A stretch of DNA of 63,985 nt, counting the filler, from Octopus bimaculoides (Eukaryota): assembly GCF_001194135.2 (NCBI RefSeq). It is 9 parts of 8 records of this genome, joined end to end, with 100 filler letters (N's around TTAATTAATTAA, not from the genome) between each part and the next. Parts side by side here need not be neighbours in the genome. Positions count along the whole stretch, not along the records: positions 62,885 to 63,985 come from NW_026391138.1; 8 more parts are not named here. One strand, 5' to 3'. The translations under genes were made by a program, and so were the position numbers. The notes under the pieces were generated by a model, which searched no databases, had not been told where the DNA came from, and was given only the letters and a program-made list of their open reading frames with translations. This document shows, piece after piece, positions 62,953-63,985 of the stretch (positions are counted from its first letter, which is position 1; every line of letters starts with the position of its first letter).

Positions 62953-63582
62953 TATAAATTTGTATATGTATGTATGTATATATGTATATGTATATAAATT
63001 TGTATACATATGTATGTATATATTAAATTAATAATAATATACATAAGTATATTAAGGGAGTAAGGGTGACAACGAGCTATCTCCAGCATGTTTGAAGTGC
63101 CGATATCTTCAAAAAACTACAAAAGAATCCAGATAAATATACACATGGCTGAAAGTGGGCTAGTGAAAGAATATTAAAAAGACCTCATGTTAATTGTGAA
63201 TTGGTTTCAATTTTTGGATTAATGCCATAAATAAGCTTTCTTCCTTCGTCAACACAATACACGGGAAATGTATATCCAAATAAATGTACTTACCGTACAA
63301 AACAGGTTCACACGCCTACATATATATATATATATATATAACAATTAAAGCTACAGCAACGACGTACTCTGAATGAATTAAAAAGTAACGTAGTCCAAGG
63401 GTAGAGTAAGAAATCCATGGATCAGGTACTTCAAAGCAGTCGGAAGGACAAGGATGGTTCGTATGAGTATGCAGTAAATAGTCAAATCAAATAAACGGAG
63501 AAAAATGAAAACAGGAAGAAAACAACAAACGTGAGGACGTGCACAAGAAGCATATTAGCTTGACACTCTGTGAAAAGAGAGA

Positions 63583-63620
63583 GTTTTTAAAGTTTCGAGC
63601 ATAGCTCTTCGTCGGAAAGG
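63583..63620 (-). ncRNA. Degenerate minimal hammerhead motif, third copy of the 14274/49651 family
   Basis: Minus strand: ccttt-CcGACGA-a-GAGC-tat-GCTC-GAAA-c-tt-t-aaaa. Confidence 0.45.
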
Positions 63621-63697
63621 AGGAAGGGAAAAGTCCAAAGAAGGAGAAGAAATCGCCAACAGGCCACGTGTAGTTACATTGCTAAAGTCACTTCATA

Positions 63698-63764
<67 letters not shown>

Positions 63765-63985
63765 ATGTCCAGATATATATATATGTATATATGCATACAC
63801 ACACAAACTCACATATGCATATATATATATATATACATGGGATATATATGTATATACGTGTGTATATATATATGTACACATATATATACAAATATATATA
63901 TACATTTATATATATGCATACATATATATATATATATATCAGCCCAAGAATTACAGCGTGATGTGCTGCTTGACTGGTCCCCCCT

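Overview
This is a gap-ridden draft scaffold from an AT-rich, microsatellite-dense animal genome. The SINE and LINE repertoire points to an octopus (inference from recalled repeat families, no search run). No host protein-coding gene can be supported. Most long ORF-track entries are microsatellite or N-gap translations, and several attractive 'exons' proved to be antisense repeats. The window is essentially a layered collection of decayed mobile elements: two tRNA-type SINE families, an unclassified ~250-bp repeat, and LINE fragments of the L1/Tx1, CR1, R4/Dong, Hero and possibly RTE clades. It also holds three Penelope-like GIY-YIG fragments, two Tc1 copies, a Tigger/pogo fragment, MITEs and Helitron/Helentron derivatives. 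The most interesting item is a 1.58-kb, TSD-flanked, ORF1-only (CCHC gag-like) retroelement at 23216-24795. Its 3' tail is shared with an L1/Tx1 LINE 3' end and with one SINE subfamily in the same window, and a diverged relative lies at 61.1-62.5 kb. Together these suggest a HAL1-like non-autonomous system. Other notable items are several hammerhead-ribozyme motifs, a 91-bp Helitron, an 80-bp hairpin MITE, a head-to-tail SINE array and a local templated insertion into a SINE. Eight 44N-TTAATTAATTAA-44N blocks are artificial contig joins, so adjacency across them is unreliable.
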